Of a DNA stretch of 64,000 bases, positions 22,321 to 32,430 are shown piece after piece. Where the stretch lies: positions 32,001 to 96,000 of the IMG/VR virus record IMGVR_UViG_3300032138_000942. The stretch is one strand, 5' to 3'. This DNA is from a virus (taxonomy: Duplodnaviria > Caudoviricetes). The position numbers and the translations under genes are program-made. The notes under the pieces were generated by a model, which saw nothing but the letters and a program-made list of their open reading frames with translations, had not been told where the DNA came from and did not search any database. The first letter of the stretch is position 1. Every line of letters starts with the position of its first letter.

Positions 22321-25247
22321 TGGCGTATCAGGATTATAAAAATTCACTTGTAAAATTAATGAATCCTCGAATTTTTATCGAAGGAACGCCCACTGCTCCT
22401 CTGGCGACTGTAGATTTCGAAGCAGAAATGCTCATTTCGGGAATCAACGGAGTGTATAATCTTCAATCTGGGTGGTTTTTTGATTCCTATTTTAATAAGT
22501 CTTTGGTGGTGTATGTTTTTCAAATTCAGGATACAGAACAGTTTAATTTGCTTCAACAAATGAACATTAATGATTTAGCAACCTTTCTTTACGACATAAA
22601 AAAGAATCTTGCCCATCAAGCCGCCACCACCCCCAAGTTGGATGCCTCTGACATTGAAAAGCTCGGATTTGCTTACGACGATAAAGGAAACAAGGTTTAT
22701 AAAATCCCCTTTAATCTAGATAAACCATTTCAATTGACACCAAACTCCCCAACTTTGGCTTATATTTTCCTCCCAGTTGTGGAGACGGGCACAAAGCCGG
22801 TTTTTGGAGGAGCTATTTGGAAAGAGGCACTTCGTAATGGAGATGTGGCAACAGAGACTAAACAATATGTGGTCAGTCCCACTAATGCCGAGCGGCTCCC
22901 CAGGACAACCGTCGAACAAAAACATTATCATGTTTATTCTATTGACGATAGCGGGAATGGCACAGCCACCTCAGCTTTTCCAGAAGGAGCAAGCCCCACC
23001 GCGGAAAACTATAACGAATCTGCCCAACACCAGCATAACGTTGTTAACGGAAAAGTCCAGTCATCCGTGTCCACCGTAACTGGCAAGGCCCACATTCATG
23101 AGCTAGAAGATGTTTCGGTCGTTTCTAAAGAAAACACAGGGGTGGTTAAAGTTTCCGTTGTTTCAAAAGAACACCTGGGCGATCTTTTGGGCGAAAAAAC
23201 CCCACTCCAAAAAGAGGTGCCCATGCTTCGAACGCCAATTGGAACAGTGCCCACTGTGCCGTCACTAGTGGGAAATTTAAGTAAAACGAATATTTTAAGA
23301 GAAATGAACCGGATGCCCATGTTTTCAGAATTAATGCTTTCAAAAAACGAACAAAATGTAAATGTCTTTATATTTGGCATTAATTTGAATCAGGTTATCA
23401 AGAAAAGCACAGTGTTTCCACACTTGTCACCTTCTAGTCCCCTTAAACGACAATTGGTCTCTAATTCACGAATATCTTCACTTAAGGTTTATCGGATACA
23501 AATAGGCGCTGGAGATAAAACACCAGAAGTGAACTCATTTGAATCACCTTTTTTGGTGGCCAGTTCGCTCGATGGTCCGGTTTCGGGGGTCCTTGAAACA
23601 CAAAAACGATATCTCAACCACCAGAATCAGGTCACCATCCCAAAAACATCCAAGGCCGCGGCGAAGCTGAAATACATCGGAGAGATCCGGCAGATAAACA
23701 TTCCAAATATTAATCCAGGGGTTAGACATTATCAAGTAACGGACCACAATTCTTCCACTTTAATCAATGGGAATTTTAAATATTATGTTGAGGTGGAAAT
23801 CGAAGATGCCATCTTCGCCGCCCTTACGGGAGCAATTCAAAAACTGAAATCCTCAGAGACTAATCTGAGCACGTATTTAACCACAGCAGAAGCTAATTTT
23901 GATCCAATAAGTCAACGATTTAGACCTGACTTCGTAAACGAAACCCACAAAAATTCTAATTTTATGGGGGAGCTATCCAACTATGCCAGCACTTACATTA
24001 ACATACTTTCCTATTTTTCTTCAACAGTCAATATTACTCCCAAACTAGTGATGGGCCTATTGGATCCGAAGACTGCAACCTTGACCACTATAAGTCGAGT
24101 TGTTGAGGCTCACAACACTTTAATTGAGTTTATAAACTCTATATTAAACAAGTCTGTGGGAGGGGAAACCAAGAAGACCGCCGTTGAGGGTATTCGTGCT
24201 GATGAGTCGGGAAAGAACTCTCTTAAACGAAAAATTGAATTGATCCACAACTTTAATAATAACCCCTTTTTAAGATCGGTCATGAGCCCTCGGTCGGTGG
24301 GATATGCTTTTTTTGACAGGGTTGACTCGCCCCAAGCAGCCATCAACTCGTTCCCTCACATAAGCACGACCCAGCTAAGAAGCAGGTTCCAAAAAGAAAT
24401 AAAAAAAGTAAATTTACCTTCGGGAGGAGAAAACATTACTATATTAGGAAAACAGGTCCCAATTAACTCGGTGGGAGAACTCACCCCTTCAAGAGTATTG
24501 TTGGGATCCCCGGAAGACAAGCTCGTTAACACTTCAAGTAATTTAGAAAATCTTAATGTAAATTTACAAATAACTCAAATAAACGACAATGACAATATAC
24601 ATGTGACCCAAAAAAGATCAACAGAAGAAGAAACACTCAGTAACTTATATAAATGTAATCATGATAATAACATGTGTGTTCAGGAGGCCACCCAGATCGA
24701 GGGCTGTGTACAATCCCATTCTCTGGTGGATGTCGTGGATGACAAAACAGAAATGACCCAACCAGGAGAAGACACAACTCAGATAGAGAAAGAAATACAA
24801 AGTAAAGAACATACCAACTTGGCCAACTTGACTCTTTTAGAGGGCTTGTTCAATGCTTCTTTTTCGAATAACCCCTTTATAAAAAATAGCCAATTCGTCT
24901 CAGAAATTAAAAAAATGACCCAAGAAGAACTGAATACTCTTCCTTTTCACATTTTAGCTTTAGCTCCCCAGGCATTGTCCCCAAAGCCAACCATTAATTG
25001 GTCTCAAGCTTATCAAAGTTATATGAACGTATATAAGATGGAGGTTTTCAATGGTTATGAGGTCTTGGGAGATGGAGAGTGTTCTGTCCTTTCTCCAATT
25101 TTTCAAGAAGTAACAAGCCTAGATCAGGTTAAGAGTCCATCAATTTGTCGATTGGTAAGTTATGAAAATGCTTTACTAAAAGTTGGGAAAGAAGAGAGGC
25201 TTTCACTCCCACTAATTGGGACTTATTTTCTTGGAGGCGGTGAATAA
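22320..25247 (+). CDS. Hypothetical protein (975 aa) with a small HxH-repeat insert
   Basis: Long ORF coupled by TAATG at both ends; HYH, HQH and HIH motifs. Confidence 0.55.
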   Translation: MAYQDYKNSLVKLMNPRIFIEGTPTAPLATVDFEAEMLISGINGVYNLQSGWFFDSYFNKSLVVYVFQIQDTEQFNLLQQMNINDLATFLYDIKKNLAHQAATTPKLDASDIEKLGFAYDDKGNKVYKIPFNLDKPFQLTPNSPTLAYIFLPVVETGTKPVFGGAIWKEALRNGDVATETKQYVVSPTNAERLPRTTVEQKHYHVYSIDDSGNGTATSAFPEGASPTAENYNESAQHQHNVVNGKVQSSVSTVTGKAHIHELEDVSVVSKENTGVVKVSVVSKEHLGDLLGEKTPLQKEVPMLRTPIGTVPTVPSLVGNLSKTNILREMNRMPMFSELMLSKNEQNVNVFIFGINLNQVIKKSTVFPHLSPSSPLKRQLVSNSRISSLKVYRIQIGAGDKTPEVNSFESPFLVASSLDGPVSGVLETQKRYLNHQNQVTIPKTSKAAAKLKYIGEIRQINIPNINPGVRHYQVTDHNSSTLINGNFKYYVEVEIEDAIFAALTGAIQKLKSSETNLSTYLTTAEANFDPISQRFRPDFVNETHKNSNFMGELSNYASTYINILSYFSSTVNITPKLVMGLLDPKTATLTTISRVVEAHNTLIEFINSILNKSVGGETKKTAVEGIRADESGKNSLKRKIELIHNFNNNPFLRSVMSPRSVGYAFFDRVDSPQAAINSFPHISTTQLRSRFQKEIKKVNLPSGGENITILGKQVPINSVGELTPSRVLLGSPEDKLVNTSSNLENLNVNLQITQINDNDNIHVTQKRSTEEETLSNLYKCNHDNNMCVQEATQIEGCVQSHSLVDVVDDKTEMTQPGEDTTQIEKEIQSKEHTNLANLTLLEGLFNASFSNNPFIKNSQFVSEIKKMTQEELNTLPFHILALAPQALSPKPTINWSQAYQSYMNVYKMEVFNGYEVLGDGECSVLSPIFQEVTSLDQVKSPSICRLVSYENALLKVGKEERLSLPLIGTYFLGGGE

Positions 25248-28200
25248 TGAACGGCTACAACCCCCCATTTGATCTTAAGAAGGCTTTTAAAGAATTTGTA
25301 GAAAAAACTGAAGCTTCTAAAGAGTTTAAAAAAGTAGAAACAAACCCAGGCAAAAAAGGCCCCGCCGTTGTAGAAAAAACTGAAGCTTCTAAAGAGTTTA
25401 AAAAAGTAGAGACAGCACCAGGCAAGAATAACAATGTTTCCCCTCAAGATATCCCTTTCGAGACCATAGCTCAGATTGCCGAGTTCAACGCCAAGCCACT
25501 CCCCCAGGCACCATCGGTGTTTGGCCCTCGATTTTTTAATGCCGGAACGCTCGTTAATGATAATACTCATCCCGACGTGTGGCCGATGTTAAAAACCTCG
25601 TTACAGTTGGACTCGACGAATTTTAAATACATTGCCTGGAGCCAGCCAAGTAAGTTAGTAAAGGTGGACCACGGACGACTCTATACTGGAAATACGTGGA
25701 CAACTTCTCGCCCCTTAAACGCCCAACCAGGCTCCCAGGCCTCCCTGTTGTTGATGAAAGATCTGCTTGGTCCGCAACAAAACTATGGAGCGCCAAATGG
25801 AGTCACTATCGTTACAAAGGATTTTGTAGATGTGGTCAAGCTTCCCTTCACTTTAGAAATAAAAGATGCTATAGTTTATTTAAATGAAAACACTTTTTCT
25901 AAACTTTATGAGAATAATAATATGGCAGAAAGGCTGGTGTCTCTCTATTATGGCACTCCCTCATACACAGTAAAGGTCTGGGCCAACCCTTCAGGTCTTG
26001 GCTGGTCCCTAGACAATACAGTCCACGAGCCAGATCCTTCAACAGGAGTGGGAACAATTGTTGGGGATAAAAACACCTGTGTCAAAGAGTCCTTTCTGTT
26101 CAGGGTGCCGCCCAACACCCCTAACGATACGGGACCATATCGAGATCAGCTTCAAGCATTACGATATTTAAGGACTAAAGTGGCACAGTCATCTGGGGCG
26201 ACTAACGGGATGTGGTACGACCATGTGTGTGAATATGACACTCCCGCCTTCACTGATAATTTTCAAGAAATCACAAGCCAACTCACCACGGAACGATCTT
26301 TAAAGATAGAGTCTTCGGCCACCTATAATTACTATAAGCCGGGATACGAGAAAGTTATCGCCCCCACTGAATTCTCTCACAATTCGTTACCCGATTATAA
26401 TATTATGGCGGCCCACCAAAGATGGTCCCCATCTCAGAAAGCAATGCTGGAGACTTTTGATAATGACGAAAGCATGGTTAATAATTCAGATTTCAATGCT
26501 TATTATAAATATGTGTCATTGGAGGCCCAACTAGATAGCGATATTGAAAAGCCATTTGCCAACTATGGGTCTTTACAAGGAAACACATGGTATTATCTGG
26601 ACAAATGGACCAAGGTTATGGAAGCTGGATATCCTAATCAGTGGTTCGATAAAAAGTATAGTAATTTAACATTCCCTGCTTTCGCCATGATGGATCATTG
26701 CTTAAAAGAACTTCCGGGAGGAACCATTAATCAGTATCCCATGTTTAACCACATTCGCCTGAAACTGCCTAATTCTAAGCCAGTATCTCCCAACACTACT
26801 GAGGACTCACCCATGAAGTGGAATTATAAAATGTTCACTGGCGTAGAAGATGGCATAAAACGACAGTCTCTAGACTTAGCCTACTTAAGCCGTTTTAATA
26901 AATACCAAGAGGGAACAAAGGCTGGAGGACCCCAGGTTTACCCCACTTTTGTTCAAGGAGATTCGGCTGTTAATCCCTGGAGCGAGGCTCAATATTGGAA
27001 AGACTTGAGCCCTGTGAAGGGGAATTATGTTCAGCCTTATAAGTCGGGGCTGGAGTGGAAATACACCACTACTGGGGGTCACGATGGGGACCTCCACACG
27101 GCCATGGATTTCATCAAGTTTTTGGGGAATTTATTAAAATTTGGGTCTAGACTTTATGGCTACACGTATGGCCTCCTTAATGATCCCTGGCCCGATTCGT
27201 TGCCGTTTTTAATGAGCAACAATAAAAATGTGGAAGTAGCTTTACAAATGATAGAACCAAATTGGATAGGCGGACACAATAATACACTAGATAACTGGCT
27301 TGACCGCCTAACTCCCTATCTGAGACGAACTAGGAGTTTTTCTGAAATACTGGAAGGGAAACTCGCCCCCTCTATCACCCTTGGTTTTAAAATATTAAAA
27401 TATGGTTTTGACGCCCAGGGGAACAGGACACCCGATCCTATTTCAACCTATTTTCTTTCCAACACCAATGATCTAAAAGAGCAAAAAAATAAATATTTTG
27501 ATTTTTACGACACACGAGTAAAATACGGAGAAAAATATCAATATGATATTGTTGGACTACACCTGATCCTGGGCACTCGTTACGCCTATACTCATGTGGG
27601 TGACAAAGTTATAGAGGGCGACCCCACCGGTGACATAGGTCCTTTGAATAGTTGGCACAAATTTACAGCAGAAGTAACATCGTGGCCAGATATCAAAATA
27701 GTAGAGCTTCCTTATCAGAATAATATCGTCCTCCGAATGATGGACAAGCCACCTTTGGCACCGGAAATCGAGCCGGTTCCATTTAAAGGGGTCGATAACA
27801 AATTACTCTGGCTTATTCGTCCTCAATATGGCTCTAGAAAAGAGGTTCCTATTTCTATTTTACCCCAAGACACAGGGATTTTCAACAAACAATACGAAGC
27901 CCAATACGGGGGTGTCGTTGGACAAGGAGAATTTTCAAGCGGAACGGGACAAATGGCCGAACAAGAACAGTGGGCTGAAAAGCAACAGGGCTTCGCTGAG
28001 ATCGGGATTACCCCATTGGAATTTAAGGGAGACGACCTTACCCAAAAATATCAAATGTTTAGGCTGTCTACACCGCCTAAGAGTTATGGATCCTTCGCTA
28101 ACGCCGAATTGATAACTGAAATATCAAGCGAAAGATCGACCTCAACAAGCTTTCTCGATACTTTGACCCCAAATCACAAATATTATTATACTTTTAGATC

Positions 28201-28750
28201 GATAGATGTACACAATAATTTGTCTAATCCGTCACCAATCTATGAAATAGAACTGATTAATGATTTGGGGACAATCTATATCGTTACTAAAATATATGAC
28301 TTCCCGACAGAAGTAAAAGTGGGATCTAAATCAGCAAAAAGGTTTATCGCCATCCAGCCCGCTTTAAGCCAGCGGCTTCTAAATATGTCCGCGACAGGAC
28401 TTGAATCAGGCGAAAACGGCGAGATGACCACGGATGGGAAAAGCATGGAAATAAAATTGGGTCTCGATAATGAACTTCTGTTTGGGGGAAATAAGAGGAT
28501 TAAGATACGACTTAATTCCAAAAAGACCAATCGAAAGATCGACTTCAATCTGGACTTTAATTTAAAAAATGTTCAAACCGAGGAGAGCTTAGAACCCGAT
28601 GAATGGAAGTGGGCACCTGATAGTGCCACTACTGGGCAAATACCAGCATCCCCTCCACCCCCGTGTGGAGAAGGTCAGATTTATAATGATGAAACGGGAG
28701 AGTGTGAAGACATCGTGACCACCCCAGAGCCCGATGACGATAAGTGCTAA
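25247..28750 (+). CDS. Hypothetical virion protein (1167 aa) with a possible FnIII-like segment
   Basis: FLDTLTPNHKYYYTFRSIDVHNNLSNPSPIY resembles an FnIII C-terminal strand pattern; N-terminal 24-aa duplication. Confidence 0.55.
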   Translation: MNGYNPPFDLKKAFKEFVEKTEASKEFKKVETNPGKKGPAVVEKTEASKEFKKVETAPGKNNNVSPQDIPFETIAQIAEFNAKPLPQAPSVFGPRFFNAGTLVNDNTHPDVWPMLKTSLQLDSTNFKYIAWSQPSKLVKVDHGRLYTGNTWTTSRPLNAQPGSQASLLLMKDLLGPQQNYGAPNGVTIVTKDFVDVVKLPFTLEIKDAIVYLNENTFSKLYENNNMAERLVSLYYGTPSYTVKVWANPSGLGWSLDNTVHEPDPSTGVGTIVGDKNTCVKESFLFRVPPNTPNDTGPYRDQLQALRYLRTKVAQSSGATNGMWYDHVCEYDTPAFTDNFQEITSQLTTERSLKIESSATYNYYKPGYEKVIAPTEFSHNSLPDYNIMAAHQRWSPSQKAMLETFDNDESMVNNSDFNAYYKYVSLEAQLDSDIEKPFANYGSLQGNTWYYLDKWTKVMEAGYPNQWFDKKYSNLTFPAFAMMDHCLKELPGGTINQYPMFNHIRLKLPNSKPVSPNTTEDSPMKWNYKMFTGVEDGIKRQSLDLAYLSRFNKYQEGTKAGGPQVYPTFVQGDSAVNPWSEAQYWKDLSPVKGNYVQPYKSGLEWKYTTTGGHDGDLHTAMDFIKFLGNLLKFGSRLYGYTYGLLNDPWPDSLPFLMSNNKNVEVALQMIEPNWIGGHNNTLDNWLDRLTPYLRRTRSFSEILEGKLAPSITLGFKILKYGFDAQGNRTPDPISTYFLSNTNDLKEQKNKYFDFYDTRVKYGEKYQYDIVGLHLILGTRYAYTHVGDKVIEGDPTGDIGPLNSWHKFTAEVTSWPDIKIVELPYQNNIVLRMMDKPPLAPEIEPVPFKGVDNKLLWLIRPQYGSRKEVPISILPQDTGIFNKQYEAQYGGVVGQGEFSSGTGQMAEQEQWAEKQQGFAEIGITPLEFKGDDLTQKYQMFRLSTPPKSYGSFANAELITEISSERSTSTSFLDTLTPNHKYYYTFRSIDVHNNLSNPSPIYEIELINDLGTIYIVTKIYDFPTEVKVGSKSAKRFIAIQPALSQRLLNMSATGLESGENGEMTTDGKSMEIKLGLDNELLFGGNKRIKIRLNSKKTNRKIDFNLDFNLKNVQTEESLEPDEWKWAPDSATTGQIPASPPPPCGEGQIYNDETGECEDIVTTPEPDDDKC
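25296..25410 (+). repeat. 43-bp exact direct repeat with 72-bp period inside the CDS
   Basis: ttgtagaaaaaactgaagcttctaaagagtttaaaaaagtaga at 25296-25338 and 25368-25410; encodes VEKTEASKEFKKVET twice. Confidence 0.9.
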
Positions 28751-28780
28751 AGGATAATAATTAATTTTTGTGTTACAAGA

Positions 28781-28808
28781 ACTATTTAAGAGGACGAACC
28801 TACTTATA
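28781..28808 (+). promoter_or_regulatory. Putative late promoter motifs ACTATTTA (28781) and CCTACTTA (28799)
   Basis: Recurrent intergenic motif; see finding. Confidence 0.6.
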
Positions 28809-28830
28809 GTATAAAAAGAGGAGTAAAAAC

Positions 28831-29796
28831 ATGGGGTTTCTTGATAATTCCGGAGATATTATTTTAGATGCTGTTTTGACAGACACGGGCCGAATGAGGC
28901 TCGCTAAGGCTGATGGCAGTTTTAAGATTACAAAATTTGCTCTGGGTGATGATGAAATAAATTATGAGCTTTACAGGAACGCTAACAGCCCAAAGGGTGC
29001 CCACCCCAGCGGCAGCGCTTATTACGATCTAGATATTAAGCAGACTCCGGTTTTAGAAGCTTTCACCAACAATACGTCTCTTTTAAAATCTAAATTAGTA
29101 ACCCTGGCAAACATGAACCACACATATCTGCCTGTTTTGAGGTTGAATGAGGTGGTGGCCGAGAATGCCAGAAACCAATCTACGACCCAGGCTAACGAAA
29201 AGTTTGTTGTAACCGTCAACGACACTACCTCGAAGTTTGTGCCAACAGGCCTCAGAGAGGCGGGCGATCCAGTTGGTATTATTGACGGCGTTACTGGTGA
29301 GGGAGTCACAATTAGAGTCGACCAAGGTCTTGATACTCAGGACATTAGTCCAACTCAGGCTCTCGACCCAGATCTTTATGAAAGTCAATATTTGATAGAG
29401 ATGGATAATCGGTTTGGCTCCATAACGAGTCCCACTTCTCCGGCATCAGCAATGGCTTATTCTTTTCTTGATGACGACAACATCGCCGCTTATTATGTTA
29501 CAGCCACCTCACCTGGCGACTATGTGATGCCGAATGGTAACACCCTGACAACAGAAGAGGCAAGCCAGATAATTTCAGGCCCACGAGGATCCATTTTACA
29601 ATTTAAGCTTTTGGCGAGTACGGATCTTCAAACAAGCAACACCCTCTTTTTGAAAATGGGGGTTAACGACCAAACCTGGACAGATTCAGTCCCCACCGCG
29701 GAGGACGTCCGATACATTGACACCACGGTCAGAGTAACGGGTCTTACAACAGGCTACAGAATCGACATCCCAGTAAGATTTATTAAATTAAGGTAA
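28831..29796 (+). CDS. Virion structural protein with tail-collar-like N-terminus
   Basis: LDAVLTDTGRMRLAKADGSFKITKFALGDDEINY; strong SD (GAGGAG) and late-type motifs upstream. Confidence 0.6.
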   Translation: MGFLDNSGDIILDAVLTDTGRMRLAKADGSFKITKFALGDDEINYELYRNANSPKGAHPSGSAYYDLDIKQTPVLEAFTNNTSLLKSKLVTLANMNHTYLPVLRLNEVVAENARNQSTTQANEKFVVTVNDTTSKFVPTGLREAGDPVGIIDGVTGEGVTIRVDQGLDTQDISPTQALDPDLYESQYLIEMDNRFGSITSPTSPASAMAYSFLDDDNIAAYYVTATSPGDYVMPNGNTLTTEEASQIISGPRGSILQFKLLASTDLQTSNTLFLKMGVNDQTWTDSVPTAEDVRYIDTTVRVTGLTTGYRIDIPVRFIKLR

Positions 29797-29801
29797 GAAT
29801 T

Positions 29802-30857
29802 ATGGCAAACGTATTTAAAAGTGTAAACGCTGACGACATCACAGTTACAAGAACCCCTCTTCATGAGGCCATCCCACTTTCGGGAACAATCGTATCGGGA
29901 ACATATCCCGAAGATCAAGGGACCTCACACACCAATATCAAGAATTATTCCCACGGAATATTCGAGTCGGTTTATGACTATCCCTATCTCAGTTCATCGG
30001 CCAATCATATTTTTGACCTTAGTTTTGGATATAGTGCTAATTCTACCATTTCCCAGTCGGTATCACCAGATGTGACCGGATATGCTGGCTTTCAGCAGGA
30101 CAAAAAGATTAATATTTACAATGAGATGGCCCAGGTTTTGATGGGGCACGATGCCACAGGGTCCATTAAAGAGTTCAAAATCCCTGGGGGCGATTATATT
30201 CGGGAAGCAGTCTTTGTTAGTTTTGCTCGGCTTTTATCTAAAGATGAAATTGACAAGAACAACTGGTCGTGGAAGCTGAATAAAAAGCTTGCTTATGCCT
30301 GGACAACAGCCCGAGCAGAGATGATTCTTGATGAGATAACTCTCCCCACTTCCAATAACGAAACAGTGTTCTATACAGACTCGCCAGCAGGCGAATATTC
30401 CGTTTTGTCTAGTGCCATGTCTGGAAATGTTGGACTACTGTTCTATCAGGCCGGCATTGCTGTTCTCGGAACATCTTCTATTTCTCAGTTGACCGGAACG
30501 ATTCTTGGTGGCGGAAACATTTATAACACCATGATTAGTTCTTCGATCAGCGCCTCTTGTGATAGTTTCCGACACCACTGGGCAACACAGAACTTCAACA
30601 ATACGACAGAGTTGAATTCAACAATTTATTTCTGTCGAGCAAACCACAACCAGTTCAATTATAGTGCTAATCCCACCTATTTGACAGGTAGTAAAATTCG
30701 AGTAAAGGCAAGTAGTCTGGACCAGCCAGTCTCATATGTCACCACTGTCGGCCTTTATAGTGCTGATAATGAACTACTCGCCACAGCGAAACTATCCGAG
30801 CCCCTCAAAAAGACTCCTGATACTGAATTGACGCTGAGAGTTCGACTGGACTACTAA
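29802..30857 (+). CDS. Virion structural protein with tail-collar-like C-terminus
   Basis: C-terminal YVTTVGLYSADNELLATAKLSEPLKK…RVRLDY. Confidence 0.6.
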   Translation: MANVFKSVNADDITVTRTPLHEAIPLSGTIVSGTYPEDQGTSHTNIKNYSHGIFESVYDYPYLSSSANHIFDLSFGYSANSTISQSVSPDVTGYAGFQQDKKINIYNEMAQVLMGHDATGSIKEFKIPGGDYIREAVFVSFARLLSKDEIDKNNWSWKLNKKLAYAWTTARAEMILDEITLPTSNNETVFYTDSPAGEYSVLSSAMSGNVGLLFYQAGIAVLGTSSISQLTGTILGGGNIYNTMISSSISASCDSFRHHWATQNFNNTTELNSTIYFCRANHNQFNYSANPTYLTGSKIRVKASSLDQPVSYVTTVGLYSADNELLATAKLSEPLKKTPDTELTLRVRLDY

Positions 30858-30884
30858 AGTGCTAAAAACTTTATCGATCACCTA

Positions 30885-30892
30885 ACTATTTA
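30885..30892 (+). promoter_or_regulatory. Putative late promoter ACTATTTA
   Basis: Intergenic, 26 nt before the start codon. Confidence 0.6.
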
Positions 30893-30918
30893 ATTTAACA
30901 AGGTATAGGTGGATTTAG

Positions 30919-32430
30919 GTGTCTTATTATAGGTTCAAAGAAAACGATATTTTTACCAATACTATAGTGGCTCACCCCCACAGTAGTTTTATGATCTACA
31001 GCGGGAGCGTTTACTATAGAAACACTCCATATGAGAGTGGAAGTATTTTTTATGGGAATGTCACACATGTTCCGGTCGGAGCCATTAGTCTTTACGAAGT
31101 GAACGTTGACCGCCCCGAGAGCGATCATGATTACGATTATGAGAACAACACCGGAACCAAGACCATGATTCATCCCTTTGTGGTGAAAAGTGGTGACAAC
31201 ATCAAATTTAAAACCATCTCCACAGGGTCTTACAATGAAGAAGACTGGGGATCAACTCTCACATCGAGCTTCAATTACCCCCTCTCAGCCAGTCTATCTA
31301 GAGATTTATATCCTGAAAAGCATTTGGCCAGTGCAATTAATTACAGCGCCCAACACAATCTGCAGCTGTCACCTCATGAGTATGATGCTTATAGCGTTGA
31401 TTCGGAATCCGAAGACGCCGGGATCGTTACAGTTTCTAGTTCATATATAGAAGCCCTAAAGAACACTTTGAACTATTACACCCCTCTGAGCGACCAATAC
31501 GCTTTTACTTCTTCTGCTCGAAACGGCGCCGACACAACTGATCAATTCCCGACAGGAACACCCTATTGGGATAAAGGCGTTCAACCCATCAACCTGATTA
31601 GCATCCCTTCGATTTATTATGGAGAGTCAATAAAAAGAGGCTCAGTGAGTGTTAAGTTTTATATTAGTGGAACTCTGGCTGCTGAATGTGCTGATGTTTA
31701 TGAAAATGGAGAATTAATTGAGGTAAGCGGGACTTACGACCGCTTCGAATCGGGGTCTATTGCAGGAGTCGTGCTTTATAATGAAGGTTTTCTCTTACTG
31801 ACAGGCAGTTGGGACATCAGCGCTGGCCATCAAGCACCTTATACTGGAGGCTCCGCCACGAGCCCTTCATGGCTTTACTGGGGCGTTGGGATCACTTCAA
31901 GCCTCAATGCCACCGGATCCCTTGTTCCCGCTGGTTATCAAATAGGCTCAAAGGCAACTTTTAATGGAAGTGTGGACTACACTAAATCCCCCGGATATAA
32001 CCTCCCCTCATCGAGCTTTTCGCTGGATTTTCAGGGAGTAGAGCATATTCCTGTGAAAACTATGTTGGCACACGCCCCTATTGGAGAGCTTTATTATTCG
32101 AATAACCCCACCTTTACAGTGGCCAACACCGCTTCGCTGGGAGATGAGCCAGCAGATTTTGGTGTGGCTCATGAGAACTTTATATCCGGCTCTATTCAAA
32201 AGGCCGTAACGGGCTCCACCTTTTATATTGAAGATAAAGATCTAGAAATTAAAAACATTAACAGCAGTTCTTTTCCCAATTATACGGCTAGTTTTGAGAA
32301 AACAACTTATATTTCTAAAATAGCTCTTTACGATGATCAAAAAAATATTATTGGAATAGCAAAATTGGCCCAACCGGTTAAGAAGACGATCAACAGGAAT
32401 CTTACATTTAAACTTAAGTTGGATCTCTGA
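30919..32430 (+). CDS. Virion structural protein, paralogue of the 29802 protein
   Basis: C-terminal YISKIALYDDQKNIIGIAKLAQPVKK…KLKLDL; shares G.(L/V).Y..G and YS.NPT segments with ORF 29802; GTG start. Confidence 0.6.
   Translation: MSYYRFKENDIFTNTIVAHPHSSFMIYSGSVYYRNTPYESGSIFYGNVTHVPVGAISLYEVNVDRPESDHDYDYENNTGTKTMIHPFVVKSGDNIKFKTISTGSYNEEDWGSTLTSSFNYPLSASLSRDLYPEKHLASAINYSAQHNLQLSPHEYDAYSVDSESEDAGIVTVSSSYIEALKNTLNYYTPLSDQYAFTSSARNGADTTDQFPTGTPYWDKGVQPINLISIPSIYYGESIKRGSVSVKFYISGTLAAECADVYENGELIEVSGTYDRFESGSIAGVVLYNEGFLLLTGSWDISAGHQAPYTGGSATSPSWLYWGVGITSSLNATGSLVPAGYQIGSKATFNGSVDYTKSPGYNLPSSSFSLDFQGVEHIPVKTMLAHAPIGELYYSNNPTFTVANTASLGDEPADFGVAHENFISGSIQKAVTGSTFYIEDKDLEIKNINSSSFPNYTASFEKTTYISKIALYDDQKNIIGIAKLAQPVKKTINRNLTFKLKLDL

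Noticed and set aside
25296-25410. Direct repeat as a possible mini-CRISPR array
   Set aside because: Only two units, in frame within a CDS, and no cas genes
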